From contig JAIVFI010000006.1 in NCBI GenBank assembly GCA_025558095.1, positions 558,001-622,000 on the forward strand: 64,000 nt of DNA, read 5' to 3'. The position numbers were made by a program, and so were the translations under genes. The notes under the pieces were generated by a model. The model had not been told where the DNA came from. It worked only from the letters and a program-made list of their open reading frames with translations, and ran no database searches. Positions 1-13,018 of this stretch are shown piece after piece. The number at the start of each line of letters is the position of its first letter. Within the stretch, counting starts at the first letter, position 1. The DNA comes from Hyaloraphidium curvatum SAG 235-1. Its lineage: Eukaryota > Fungi > Monoblepharomycota.

Positions 1-83
1 CACCAGCCCATTTCCGAGGCGGTACATGGAGCCACAACGCTCGGATTCTGGCCCGACGGGCTTTACATTCTAGCGCAACCGAA

Positions 84-2193
84 CTAGTGCTCGCCGAACT
101 GGCTCTCGGTGACACCTGCAGAACGCCCCACAATGCCACGTCAGCACGGTAGACGATGCTCGCCGCCAAACACCCACCCTTGCCCATGGCGGCCGTGGAC
201 GCCACACCGCCCTGCACCGTCTTGATGAGGTTGTCCTTCGCACATCCGAGTCAGCTTCGTGGCATCGTGCCTCCCGGCGCCTCCCACCATGTAGTTCGCA
301 CCGGACCACTTCTGGTGCGCGAGGGTCTCGACCTTGTTCTCGCGCTCCTTCCGCTGGATCATCGAGACGTACGCGTACATGCCGCGCGTGGCGTACTCGC
401 GCGCAAAGGTGTCGATGATGAGCGCTGGCGGTCGCAGAGGTCAGCGGCATCTCTGTGCCGGCATCGCGTGATCCCACCGTCCGAGTGGAAGCCGGCGAGC
501 GTGATGAACTGCCACACGAATCCGAGCTTGCCGAGGTCCCACACGAAAGTCTCCATCTCCTTGTCCGACATGCCCGCCGCGTCCCAGTTGAACGAGGGCG
601 AGAGGTTGTAGGCGAGCTTGGCCCACTACAAGGTTCCGTCAGGCCAGTTTGGGGCTGCAAGCAGAGGAAGGCCCACCGGGTAGACGGCCTTGACGCCCTC
701 GGCAAACTCCTTCGCCTGCGCGTAGATCGGGCTCTTGGTTTCCATCCTAGATCACGGCAGGAACTGGTTGGTGGCGAGCGCAGGCAAAGCTCCCGATGGG
801 ATCCTCACCAAAGAAGATCGGCGTAGGGCGCGTAGGCCACGGCGCGGGCGGTGCAGCACTTGGTACCACCCTGGTACCGGTAGTAGCCCTCGCGGGTGCG
901 CGGCGCATCCTGAACAAGCCGGATCAGACCGGTCCAACCACTGTAAACCATACAGAGCTCACCCAGTCAAAGTGGAATTCCACTCCGGCACCCTTGACGA
1001 ACTCGCGCGCCTCCTCGATCGACATGGAGTCCGCCTTCTCAAGGAACTTTGCGGCGTCCTTGCCCGCCGCCTTGAGGGCGTCGGCAATGGCCTGACCGAA
1101 GGTCATGAGGTTGGCTGGCAGATGAACGCGGAGCCGTCAGCGACGAACGGGCCCGGCGGCCGGGAGACACACCATCAGCGATCCACTGGTCCTCCACCGA
1201 CTGCAGCGCGTCTCCCCGCTTCCCGGCAGCCTGGGCCTCGTCCATGACCGTCACGAGGGGCTTCAGCTTCGGGTTGGTGCTCCCGAGGATGAAGGGGTGG
1301 TCGCGGCGGTCAATCGACGAGGTGATCAGGGTGGCGGCCTCGGCGTCCGTCCTTGCAACAAGCACGTTCTCGACGCCCATGACGTCGAACTGGGGGGGAA
1401 ATGAATGTAGTTTGCGTCTCTCCGTGGGCCTCAGGTGTAAGTTACCTGCAGACGGACCGCGATGAGGCGGTTGATGTGCTCCGAGATGGGGACGAGCACT
1501 TTGCCAGCCATGTGGCCGCACTTTTTCGTGCCGGGGGCCTGGTCTTCCAGGTGAATGCCGGCCGCACCGCGCTCCACGAACATCTTGGCGAGTTTCAGGC
1601 ACGCGGTGATGCCGCCGTGGCCGGTGTCGCCGTCCGCGACGATCGGGCGGAGGTAGTCCACGTAGGGGGCGGCGGCGCGCTTCTCGGCGGACATGCCCAT
1701 CCTCTCCTCGCGCTGCTTGCGGTCGTGGAAGAGCTGCGCAAAGAAGAGCTGCTCGACCTTGTTCGGGACGGTGTCCATGGGGTAGCTGCGGCGCGCGAGT
1801 GAGTCCGCCGGCCGGGCCACGGAGCGAGACGGCCACCCACTCGGCAAGGTCCGGGCCGGGCTCGTTCGAGGTGGACGCCGTCGAAGACGATTGCCAGCCC
1901 GAAACGTAGATGGTCTCGAGGTACTTGCCCATCTGGGTCACCTGGATGGTGTCGAGGGCGCCGAAGGTGTGCGAGGTGGTGCCGTTCTTCTGGTGGCCCT
2001 CCACGATGCCCCAGAGCTTCTTGGCCATCTCGTTCGACGGGTACTGGATGGGCAGCGTGCCCCGCTTGGACACGACGTCGACCGCGGAGTATGGCCGGGT
2101 GACGTTTGCGAAGCGCGGCTTCTTGAACCACTCTTCGACGGCGGCAACCTCCGCGTCGAAGGCGGCCTGCTCCTTGGCGGCAAAGTCGGCCAT
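84..2193 (-). CDS. ICL1: Isocitrate lyase (multi-exon)
   Basis: Exon translations include [21 protein letters not shown], the catalytic [22 protein letters not shown] and HQKWSGANY. Last exon [10 protein letters not shown] has its stop at 84-86. Confidence 0.96.
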
Positions 2194-2500
2194 GGCTGCG
2201 CGGGATGGAGGGGGGGGCGCGCTGGCGGCGGTGGAGAGGTTGCTTTTTCCGTGGCGTCACGGCGACTCGGCGCCGCCCGCTCACTCTGGCCGCTCGATTT
2301 CACGTGCTGGCACGGAGTTTGGCGTATTACTCGGGATCCGTCGCGTTCCTGCGGTTCTGCGTAGTACTTGGAGTGATGTATTTCGCCTCTTGTTTCCGCG
2401 ATCTCCGCTGCCTGACTGGCCCAGATCGGGCGGTCAATGGGCTCTGTTGTGGGTGGGCGGCGCCGCGCCGCTGACCGGCCCAAACACGCCGAATCTAACC

Positions 2501-4091
2501 ATGCCGACTGCAAAGCTGGCCAAAGCGGCGGCCGCAGTCACTGCCACCGTTCTTTTGCTCGAGTTTGCAGCAAGATGCGAGGGCGCTCTGGCGGTTTCCG
2601 GCCACCAGATGGTGACCTGGTGGGGCTCAAACCGTGCATGGCGGGAGACGCCGCAGATGCAGGAACGCTCCCTGGGCGAGCTGTGTTCCTCCAGCCCGTT
2701 CACCGTCATCAACCTGGCGTACATGGTGGACCACTTCAGCACCCGGGGCCTGCCTGCCCTGGACTTTGCCTTCCATTGCAATGGTTCGTCTTCACCTTAC
2801 CCGGGCTTTGAAACCGCAAGCCAAGGCCCGACGCTGCTGAAGTGCCCGGACATAGAGACGGACATTCTGCTCTGCCAGAGCCTGGGCAAGAGGGTCCTTC
2901 TGTCTGTGTCGCCGTACCACGAGACCCTCGCCTCCGACGGCGACGGAATACGTTCGGCAGAGCAGGTCTGGAACGTTTTTCTGAACGGCCAGTCCCCCTT
3001 TCGACCGTTTGGACGGGCAGTCCTCGACGGAGTCGACCTCTATCAGCGCACGAACGAAAAGGGCTACACGGCCTTTGCGATCCGCCTGCGCCAGCTCATG
3101 GATTCGGACACGACGAAGCAGTACCTGCTTAGCGTCTCGCCAGAATGTGCCTTTCCATCTGCGCGGGTCGGACCCGTCTACGAAAACACGCTCCTGGCTT
3201 CCGCACCGCAGATAGTGGACTATGTGAACGTCATGCACCTGGCCACGCAGGTCTGCAGTTTTGGTTCCGTGGATCGCATCGGATTCTGGAACACGGTGCG
3301 CCAATGGAACACGTGGGCAAAGGGGACCGGCACGGGCATCCGATTCATCACCGGCCTCCCGAGCTGGGGCTGGGGCTTCGAGAGCTGGGTGAATGGCATG
3401 GTGAGTTGGCGGTTGCGAGCAGTTGATCACGGGGCGGAGGCTTTATGCGTGCCAACAGGTCGGCGACTTCATCTATCCCGACGATCTCGGCAACGTGACG
3501 CAGACTTTGAACTCTTTGGAGGCCTTTGCAGGAGTCGGTCTCTACGACGCCTCCTACGAGTTCAACAACATCCCCTGCGAAGATCGGCAGGAGCGATACA
3601 GCCAAATCATTGACGCTATGCTATCAACGGCCGGGAGCACGGGCGAGCTTGGCTGTCGGACCCGCACATCTCCCCCGATCGTTTCGGGGCAGCCCCAACC
3701 CCAGCAATCATCGCGAACGACAGCCGTTTCGCGCCCAACCGGCAGCACGCGCCAGCCGAACAATGCAACGTGCTCGGGATCGTGGTGGTGCTCCAGCAGC
3801 GGATCGAACGGAGGGGAGGACGAACAGCTGGCACCGCAGCAATCCGGCCTGTCAACAGGTGCTATTTCGGGGATCGCAGTTGGCTGCGGTGCATTGGTCC
3901 TCGTCGGGGCGGGCGCGATCCTCTACACGCGCCGCCGGAAAGCACGTGGGAGAACCGAGGAAGAAGCGGGTGGGCCAAAAGATGGATCGGCAAAGGAATC
4001 GAGCGCTCCCCAAGTCATCAAGAAGAGCAGCTCGGTTGGACCAGCTCCATTCAATAGGTCCCATTCACGGATCGTTCTTGACCGCTCTTGA
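2501..4091 (+). CDS. GH18 class III chitinase-like protein with signal peptide, S/T-rich stalk and one TM helix; catalytic motif degenerate
   Basis: CPDIETDILLCQSLGKRVLLS, RPFGRAVLDGVDL and QYLLSVSPEC are class III GH18 motifs. One intron near 3401-3459. TM segment GAISGIAVGCGALVLVGAGAILY followed by RRRK. Confidence 0.85.
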
Positions 4092-4157
4092 TGAGTGACA
4101 GGGACGCCGAGCGGAGTTGCTGGGCAGTGAACGTGTGTAGGATTTCAGTGACGGAGA

Positions 4158-6005
4158 TCACGACTCTACCGCCTTTGCTAAAGCCAGCGAAACCTGCATC
4201 TCCTCCTTGACGATGTAGTGCGTGCTCTTGGCTATCAGCTCGAGCACACCCTTGACGTCGTTCGACCAGTCGTTGAGCATGGTGTTCGGGTCCCTCTTCT
4301 GCTCAAAGTTCACGATCCCCGTGGGCCGATCTATCCGTGCCCATATGGTTTTCGAGACAACAAGCTTGGACAGGTACTCCTCCGTTTCCTGTGCCGAAGG
4401 TTCAGCCTGCGAGCAAAAAAGAGAGCAGTGCAACACCAACTGCCTCGTTCAAGTCCAAAAGCTGCGTCATGCGTTTGAGGGATATCTTGGTATAGTACTG
4501 GGCAATCACCCGGATGTTCTGCGAGCCGACAAGAGTGTTAGCGGTCCACGAAATAAAGGCACCGCCTCCCCTAGCTTCCCACATGTTCAATGACTCGCTT
4601 GTGCAGTTCCTTCAACCGCTCCCGCCCTTCGTCCGTCTTCAAGTCAAACACAAAAGAGCTCTTCAGATCAGGGCCGTAGATCTCCTCCACCTTCGACCAT
4701 CTCATGAGCTCCCGAGTGGTGAAGTTCTTGAGCAGTTCCCTGGTGTGCGCGTTTGAGCGGGCTCCCATCCACCAACGCCGGCGGCAGCTCACTTGTAGAG
4801 GGCGATCTTGGACAGATTGGGGTCCTCGCTGACGCGCGCTATCAAATCCGACTGCTCGTTGTCGTACGGGGAGAGGATGACGAAAAGGACAATGTTGCGG
4901 AGCGTCTGCAGGCGAGGTCATCATGAGCCCTGCGAAGAAAACGAACGAGTGGCACATGCCTCGGCCATTTTTGCGGGGTCGTCCTTGACGGACTTCGAGT
5001 CATAGATCTGCCTGTAGTACTTGCAGACGTCGATGTAGGACTTTTCGTGGAGCGCGTACTGGATCATGAGGTCGTAAAACCGCAGCTTGAGATCCTGTAG
5101 GGCCGCGAATGAGGTCTGCCACGCGGGAGCCCTCCGGCCGAAGTACCTCGTTCTCGGGTTGCTCAAAGAAGCGCGTGCTGATCTTTCGGCTAATGATCTG
5201 CATCCTGACGTAATCCTTCTTCAGCAAGCAAATGCGCATTTGCTCGAGGATAAAGTCTGTCTTCTCCCGCCGCTCCATCGAGCCGAAAGTCTCTACCTGC
5301 AGGGTGGATGGGCGGTGAGGCCACGCAACCTCTCCAAAACCGGACGCAACCCGCCTGCAAGTCTTGCAGGATCTCCGCGGCTTCGTCAATCTTCCCCTCG
5401 TCTTCCTTGATCTTTGCCAGCGTCCGCGTCAGCCGGGCCCGTTCCACCTCGACGTAGATCTTCCCCTCGGTGATGGTCCGCAGGGTCTCGATCAGCTCCA
5501 ACTTTGTCGACATGTCCTCGGCTTTGTCGACGAATGAAATAGCCTCCTGCACCATCTTGGACACGGCCTAAAGAAGGATCACCGTGTTGGCCGGTCTCCG
5601 CGCCGTGCCGACTCGCGCCCATTCACCCCTTTCAGTAGCCCGTGCTTTTTCGAGAGAAGCACGAGATGCTCGTTCAGCAACTTCCAGTCCTTAGCGTCGT
5701 GGCAGAGGGATATGATCTGCACCAGCACCCGGCCGTTGGAGGCCACGTCCGCCGACTACCCCCGCTCGGTCAGTGCCGGCCGCGTCCGAGTCTTTCGAGC
5801 TCTCACCGTCCTCGTCTGCTTCTCGAGCACAAGCAGCGACTCCAGAGCATCGTGGAGGCGCCCTGCCTGGGCGAGCGCTACCGCCTTGGGGAGCTCCTCG
5901 TCCACCTTCCGGGATTCACCATCACGTCCACGTCGACCAAACGAGTCCGGCGCCGGACCCAACCTCCTTCGTGAAATCCTTCTCCTGCTTCGGCGCGTCC
6001 GTCAT
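4158..6005 (-). CDS. RPN5: 26S proteasome lid subunit Rpn5/PSMD12 (multi-exon)
   Basis: [55 protein letters not shown] and [12 protein letters not shown] (PCI domain). Confidence 0.96.
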
Positions 6006-6106
6006 CGTGCCTCGCACCGGATGACGCGTCCGAGGGTCGAAGACGGGTCGGATTGTGATTGAGAATCGCGAGACGCGCCGCGGCGAGAAGTCTGCTCCAC
6101 CAAAAC

Positions 6107-8368
6107 ATGGCCGACCAGAACAGGGCTCTCGAGGCCGCGGTGGACGCCGCAGTCGAGGAACTGGCATCTGCAAGCCTCTCGTAAGTTTCATCGCGGCAAG
6201 CTTTGGCGCTCCGGCTGATGCGATGCGATCCAGCAAGGAACCGGAGGCGGCTCCGTCCAAGAAAGCGCTGAAAAAGCAGCAGGTACACAATGCCGTACGG
6301 CCTGCCGCCTGGGGGACTCATATCCTTCTTGAAACGCAGGAGAAAGAGGAGAAGGAGCGCAAAAAGGCGGAAACGGCCGCTCGTCTGGAAGCGGAACGTG
6401 CTGCGAGGGAAGCGAACGAAGCGGTAAAGCGGGCCCGCGGACTGTCATGCGTCACACGGTTCATGATCGATTCGCACATAGGACTACTCGGTTGGCAAGT
6501 ATGGGAAGATGCCCCTGAATCAGTCGCAGGAGAGGACAGGGAAGCAGCGAACGCGGCTTGGAGACCTGGGAATGGAGAAGGTCGGGCAGACCGTTCTTCT
6601 CCGGGCGCGATTGCACAATGTTCGGGCCGTCGGTGGGGAGGCACACCTGCGGAGCAGCTTGAAGCTCCCTGATCCCGCGACTGTCGTGCAGGCTCGAAGA
6701 GGGTATTCCTGGTGCTCCGCGAGAAGTTCGACACGGTGCAGGCCGTCTTGACGGCTGACGCCGAGAACGTCAGCAAGCAAATGCTCAAATGGGCCGGGGC
6801 CTTGGCGTGCGAGAGCATTGTGCTGGTCGAGGCTGAGCTCGTCAAGGCGCTTGAACCGGTCAAGAGCTGTTCAGTTCAGGACGTGGAGCTGAAGATCCTT
6901 ACTGTGGGGGCCGCTCGAGGTCTTGGGTCTTGGGAGGATGGCGGCCTGACCTTTATCCAACAGCTTCGCCAAGAGAGTGCGTCGGAGCCTCGGCTTCCAT
7001 TCTCTTTAGAGGATGCCTCGCAACCCGACGAGGCCGATTCGACTCCCCGGGTTTACCTCGACACGCGGTTGGACAACAGGGTCATCGACCTTCGAGTAGG
7101 TTTGCCGGCGCAGCAACGGGACGGACGGGTCCTTACGTTGCACTGCAGACGACCGCGAACCAGGCAATTTTCAGGATACAGGCCGGCGTCGTCCGATTGT
7201 TCCGAGAGTTCCTTGATGGGCAGCAGTTCACGGAGATCCATACCCCCAAGATCATCCCTGCTGCGAGCGAAGGGGGCGCGAACGTCTTCAAAGTCTCATA
7301 CTTCAAAGGTGAGGGCCACGACGGCGAGGTGTGCGATTCTAGCTGAACCATCTTCCAGGGGAGGCTTTCCTTGCCCAATCGCCGCAGCTGTACAAGCAGA
7401 TGTGCATTTGCGCGGATTTCGAAAGGGTGTACGAGATAGCACCGGTTTTCCGAGCGGAGAACTCGTTCACGCATCGGCACATGACGGAGTTTGTCGGCCT
7501 GGATCTCGAGATGGCTTTCCAGGAGCACTACCACGAGGTGCGACGCCTCTTGCGTGTTTCGCTTGGGCCTGTCACTTACGCGCTAGCTCCTCAGGTCCTT
7601 GACATCTTCGACCAGATGTTTGTTTACATCTTTGAAGGCCTCAAGACCCGCTACGCGGCGGAGATGGAGGCGATTCAACGCCAGTACCCGTTTGCCGAGT
7701 TCCAATACCTTCCTAAGTCTTTGCGCTTGCAATACAAGGACGGCATCCAGATGCTCCGCGAGGCCGGCGTGGAAATCGGCGACCACGACGACATGAACAC
7801 GGAGCAGGAGCGAAAGCTCGGCCGCCTCGTGAAGGAGAAGTATGGCACGGACTTCTATATGCTCGACAAGTTTCCGTTGGCCGTGCGACCGTTCTACACT
7901 ATGCCGGACCCGGTCAACCAGGTGGGCATCGGCTTTGTGGTTGGCCCCGCGACCCGTTAACTTCAGATCATCCCTTCAGGGCTACTCCAACTCGTACGAC
8001 TTCTTCATTCGCGGCGAGGAGATCTTGTCGGGGGCGCAACGTATACACGACCCCGCTCTGCTCAAGGAGAGGGCCGAGGCGCACGGCGTGGACCTGAAGA
8101 CCATTCAAGGATACCTGGATGCCTTCCGCTACGGCGTGCCTCCGCACGCAGGAGGTGGAATTGGTGCGTCGGCGCGGTGCGACGGGATTGCTCGAGGTGT
8201 TGACACCGAACGCAGGGTTGGAACGGGTCGTCATGCTCTACCTCAACCTGGGCAACATCCGCAAGACGTCTATGTACCCCAGGGATCCTCACAGGGTACG
8301 TGGGCTCGTGTACGGTTCTCGCGACACACTTGTCTGATGTGTTGGTTCGGGAACAGGTCACACCGTAG
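6107..8368 (+). CDS. DPS1: Cytosolic aspartyl-tRNA synthetase (multi-exon)
   Basis: [92 protein letters not shown]. Confidence 0.96.
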
Positions 8369-8407
8369 CGAGGCTGTAATGCTGACGCTAACGCGGTTCC
8401 GCGGGTG

Positions 8408-9685
8408 ATGATCACACAGAAACTGACACTCGCACCGTGTCCAATGCCCGTCGCCGGTCCGCGCCTCCTTCTCGCTCTTGCGTTGATCGCGCTCAAGCAA
8501 CGACCCATCGAGTGGGATGTCCGAGGATATCTCGAGTTGCTTGCCGGCGGAGGCGAAGCGTCGAACCCAGCTGGCCCCACACTCGTGTCTCTCCGGGAGC
8601 AGCTGGCGAGACTCCAGCGGCGTTGCTCCGAGCTGGAACTCCTGGTCGACTCGAAGCAGATACCGGCGACGCGGACCGAGGCGGGCGCTCCGTGCGCGGC
8701 GGGCGTGACGAATCCTCGCTCCGATCTCGGAGACAATGCCGGTGCTGCCACGTCGAAGACGCGTCCCAATGAGACCGTCGCGCGTCAGATAGCGCACAGG
8801 ATCGTAGAGAGGGAGGACGTCACCCTAGTGAAGCTGGATCTGATATTCGCGGTCGAGCAATTGTGCACCGCTTTCGCGCGAGCTCTGCAAGGCGAGGACG
8901 ACGGAGACGCCGAATCAAAGGACGGAGGAGCCGCCGAACTTAAGGAGTTCTTCGACCACTTTATGTGCTTGGCTGAAAGACTCACTTACCGTAGGCGCGC
9001 CGCGAAAAGTCGAAGGCGCGTCACAAATGCCACGTCACCCACAGAGCAAAGATCGTTGGGGCGTCACGATCAGGTCGATTTATCCTTCAGATGCGCCCAC
9101 ATACTCGGCAAGCTCATTGATGCAATTCCTGCTGTCGTTTCAAGGACCCTGGACAACGAACAGTGGCCGGACTTGGCTGCAGAGTCTTCAGGCATGACTT
9201 CCAGCAATCCACCGCGGGAGGAGCTTCTGCTGCAGTGCATCGACGTCACAGCCAGCATCCATCCTACCCTTTCCGCACTTGCTATCCTCCTGCTTGCTAA
9301 GCTTGTGCACAGCACTCTGCTGAGCTCAGGACTTGGGGAACCAAGTACGCACACCATCTTCCGGGTGCTTGATCTGGGCCAGAAACTGTTGCATCGGTTC
9401 TCCAGTGGAGATGATTTGTATTTCATGGACAGAGCAACGATTGGTAGGCCGGATCAATCTGCGTGCGTGTACTTTTGTTTTGATCTCGTGGCCGCAGAAA
9501 GGGCACATGAGGTGGTTGCAGCCTCGTTGGATATCGTACAAGGCAGTGATGATGCTCTTCTGACGCTTCTTCTTCTGCGTTTGTCACACTTTCATGCTTG
9601 TTTCCAACATGTCCTCCCTGCCTCAGGTCAAAGCCCTTTTCAGGCAACATGTCCCAGTGAACCTTGCAAATCTGTATTTGCTTAG
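8408..9685 (+). CDS. Uncharacterised helical protein; exon structure uncertain, abuts the retroelement island
   Basis: 426-codon open frame with a short coiled coil (SLREQLARLQRRCSELELL). No family recognised. Confidence 0.45.
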   Translation: MITQKLTLAPCPMPVAGPRLLLALALIALKQRPIEWDVRGYLELLAGGGEASNPAGPTLVSLREQLARLQRRCSELELLVDSKQIPATRTEAGAPCAAGVTNPRSDLGDNAGAATSKTRPNETVARQIAHRIVEREDVTLVKLDLIFAVEQLCTAFARALQGEDDGDAESKDGGAAELKEFFDHFMCLAERLTYRRRAAKSRRRVTNATSPTEQRSLGRHDQVDLSFRCAHILGKLIDAIPAVVSRTLDNEQWPDLAAESSGMTSSNPPREELLLQCIDVTASIHPTLSALAILLLAKLVHSTLLSSGLGEPSTHTIFRVLDLGQKLLHRFSSGDDLYFMDRATIGRPDQSACVYFCFDLVAAERAHEVVAASLDIVQGSDDALLTLLLLRLSHFHACFQHVLPASGQSPFQATCPSEPCKSVFA

Positions 9686-9757
9686 CTTCACACTAGATCA
9701 AAGGTAGCCACCCCGTTCCGTCCGGGAAGCTAGAGGCCTGATGTCGGCTGTGAGATC

Positions 9758-9982
9758 ATAGAATAGTATTGGTGACCCGGACCTGCCCCTGGCTTGGCCA
9801 CTGTTACACCATCAGTTTGCTGCTATTTTGAAGTTTGTTGTCGTGCATCTTTTTCACTTTCCCCGTTTTCTGTCCTTCATGGACTTTAAGATGAAGCTGG
9901 CAATGGAGTTGAGGGCCTTCTCCTTCTGCCGCCTCACTTTGATCGTGGGCTCGAACTCCTTGATGATAAGAGCCCAGAGCCA
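9758..9982 (-). mobile_element. Inverted short 3' fragment of the LINE, including its (CTATT) tail
   Basis: Slightly diverged reverse complement of 12778-13008. Confidence 0.9.
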
Positions 9983-12900
9983 CGGATCGGAGGGGGAAAC
10001 AGCTACTTGCACTGTGCCACGAGGAGGAGCTGGTGATCCTGAATGGGCGCCTCGAGCCGGGGGCAACAACTCGCGCAGGAAAGGATGGCAAGCGGGACAG
10101 CACCTTGGACTACGCAATCGTGCCGCAGAGCCGCTACGGGACGGTCACCCAGCTTGCATTTGTGAAGGAAGGCTGGGTCGTCACCTCAGACCACATGGCC
10201 CTGAGCCTGACCATCAAGGCCAACCTCGTGCGACCAGCTGCGAAGGAGAACAAGCCGCACTGCAAGCCCGTGCCGTGCGACTTCCACTTCCTCGCAATAA
10301 TGCGAAACCTCTACGACGAGCCCTGGGTCAAGGAGGCAATGCAAGAGTACGAGCAACTTCAAGCTGGATCCGACAAGTGCAACCGGCTCATCGAGATCAT
10401 GGCAGCGGTGAACAAGGTCGCAAAGAAGAAGTACGACAAGGTCAGCGTACACGAAGAGGCGGACAAGTTCCTCAACGGCTTTGCGGACTCGGCAGAGAGG
10501 GCCGAGATCGATCGGAAGCTGTCACGCCTTCTTGAGCTGCGATCCCTCATGGAGAAGGACGAGTGGAAGAAGGAGTACCAGGGGAAGACGCGGGAGCTGG
10601 AGAAGGAGCGGAAGAAGTTGGAGAAGAGGATGCGGAGGGTTGCTGAGCGAGAGAACTCCAAGCTGCTAGAGCGACTCTTCAGGCGAGAGCCTAAGGGGTA
10701 CTACCAGCTGCTTGGAAAGGCTCACGCAAGGCGCAAGGGCAACCCCGTGCCCTTTGCAGAGCTGGTGCGCCACATGGAGATGGTCGCCAGCGCCGAGTAC
10801 GTGACCAAGATCAAGGAGGATCCAAGGCTCACGTTTCCACCACTTCCCAAGGCCACGATCACGCCTTCTGGAGACCTGCTACGCCCCATCACCCTCAAGG
10901 AGCTGGAGAGGGTCTTGAAGAAGGCCCCCAACGGCAAGGCAAAGGACGAGGATGGGATCCGGCTCGAGTTCGTCAAGTACGGGACTGCAGTACTGAAGCA
11001 AGCTGTTGTCAACCTCCTCAACGACGTGCTCAATGGCGTCAAGATGGATGACTGGGGCCAGACACTGCTGGTGATGCTGCACAAGAAGGGGCCCAAAACG
11101 TGGCTGGCAACTACCGAGGCATCATGATCAGCATAGAGAGGACGCTGGGGAAGCTTAACAAGAAGGTCTTCTCCCTGGTCTGGAACGCTCGGCTAGCTCC
11201 CTGGGCTGAGTGCAACAAGCTGCTGGAAGGCTCGCAGTTTGGATTCCGTGCACGGAGATCGACCCTTCGTTCATGCAGTGTTCCTTGCCGAGGCACTCTT
11301 CTCCTTGGCCAAGGCACGCAAGGAGAAGCTGATCATGGTGTTTGTAGATTTCACAAAGGCTTTTGACACGGTGGAGCGCCCCAGGTTATGGCAGAAGCTG
11401 GAGGAGATGGGAGTACCCAAACTGGTTGTTGACATGTTCGAGATGGCGTTCGGGCGCGTGTGGGGACAGCTCCGGGATGAAGACGGGACCAAGTCAGACT
11501 TCATCAAGTTCCTGACCGGAGTGAAGCAGGGGGACCCTCTCTCGTCGCTGTTCTTCATCTTGTTCATCAACGACATCACTGCTTTCATGGAGGCCAATGG
11601 TGCAAAAGGGATGGATCTGGGCATGGTGTCTGAGGAGGAAGAGGATCAGGAGAGGATGGTCAGCTTGCTGGCTCTGTTCTTTGCAGACGACACCACTTTG
11701 ATCTCGAAGACGGTGAAGGATGCCAAGATGCAGCTGGATCTTCTGTCTGCATATGCCAGTGCCAATGGGCTGGAGATCAACGTCAGCAAGACAGAGTGGA
11801 TGGCCAGGAGGATACCTCACCGTGTAAAGGTCATGTACAGGGACCAGGAGCTGAAGAGGGTTGACAGCTTCAAGCTTCTGGGGTATCAGCTGACCTCAAC
11901 CGGCCGGAGCAAGGACCATGTGCATGGCAGAGAGGCCAAGATGAACGCTGCTTATGGGCTCTGGCTCCGCGACTTCAGGGAGCAGCCTGGGATGAGTCCT
12001 GACCTCCAGCTCAAGCTCTACAACACAAAGGTCAAGGCAGTGGGCCAATATGGGAACCCGTTCATTGTTGAGATGCCAAAGGAGGAGTACCTTGCCGGGG
12101 AAAGCACCAGGGACAAAGTGACATGCATGGCTCTTCGTGCCGTCACTCATCTGCCCAAGTCTACCTCCCTGGCCTGTCTGTATGCGATCACTGGCCAGTA
12201 CCCCCTTGCAGTTCATGACCGCGAGCCGGCACTCAAGTTCCTCATGCGCATCAAAACAGCGGATCCTGCGCTGTACCTACTCTACAAAGAGCTCAAGATC
12301 GAGGCACTGAAGGGGTCCTGGAACTGGGCTGCCTTCCTGAGGGAACTACTTGTATACTATGGTGGCGAAGATGGGAAGGAGATGTGGGAGAAGGACACTG
12401 TCTCATGGCCCAAGGAGACTGTGGAGAATCTTGTGAAGGGCAAGTTCAGGGAGATCAATGCCCAGAGGCTCAAGGACAACGACAAACTGCACTTTTGGAG
12501 GATGTGTGACATGACCTTTGGCCACATCGGACCATCCTTGATCCGGGTGGAGAAGCACCGGAGGGATGTCCAAAAGTTGCTGTGCTCTACCCACGACCTG
12601 GAGGTGGAGACAGGCAGGCACCAAGGACTTGAGGTGCAGCAGAGAACGTGCAAGCATGACCCTGAGCACATTGGAGACGAACAACACTTTCTGTTTCACT
12701 GTTCAGCAAATGCGGAGCGGCGCCAGAAGCTGCAGACTAGATTGGAAGCACTAGGCCGCGAGTGGAACATGGAGACCTGGCTCTGGGCTCTTAGCATCAA
12801 GGAGTTCGAGCCCACGATCAAAGCGAGGCGGCAGAAGGAGAAGGCCCTCAAATCCATTGCCAGCTTCATCTCAAAGTCCATGAAGGACAGGAAAACTGGG

Positions 12901-13009
12901 AAAATGAAAAAGACACACGACGACGATGAACTTTGCAATTAGCAGCAAACTCATGGTGTAACAGCGGCCAAGCCAGGGGCAGGTCCGGGTCACCAATACT
13001 ATTCTATTC
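9983..13009 (+). mobile_element. 5'-truncated, frameshifted non-LTR retrotransposon (AP endonuclease end + RT + C-terminal HxLxxETGRH/Cys-His domain; L2/RTE-X-like, clade uncertain)
   Basis: STLDYAIV..SDH (APE end), GNYRGI, SQFGFR, FVDFTKAFDTV, GVKQGDPLS, LFFADD, HDLEVETGRH..GDEQHFLFHC. Frameshifts near 11100 and 11270. Ends in an AATACTATTCTATTC tail. Confidence 0.93.
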
Positions 13010-13018
13010 ATATTATAT

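Noticed and set aside
1910-2500. N-terminal extension of the 567-aa ORF
   Set aside because: Overlaps ICL1 antisense and its promoter. The signal peptide begins at ATG 2501.
9758-13009. TIR element or twin-primed LINE suggested by ~225-bp inverted ends
   Set aside because: The inverted piece is a diverged second LINE 3' end with its own tail, no TSD is evident, and twin priming inverts 5' rather than 3' sequence.
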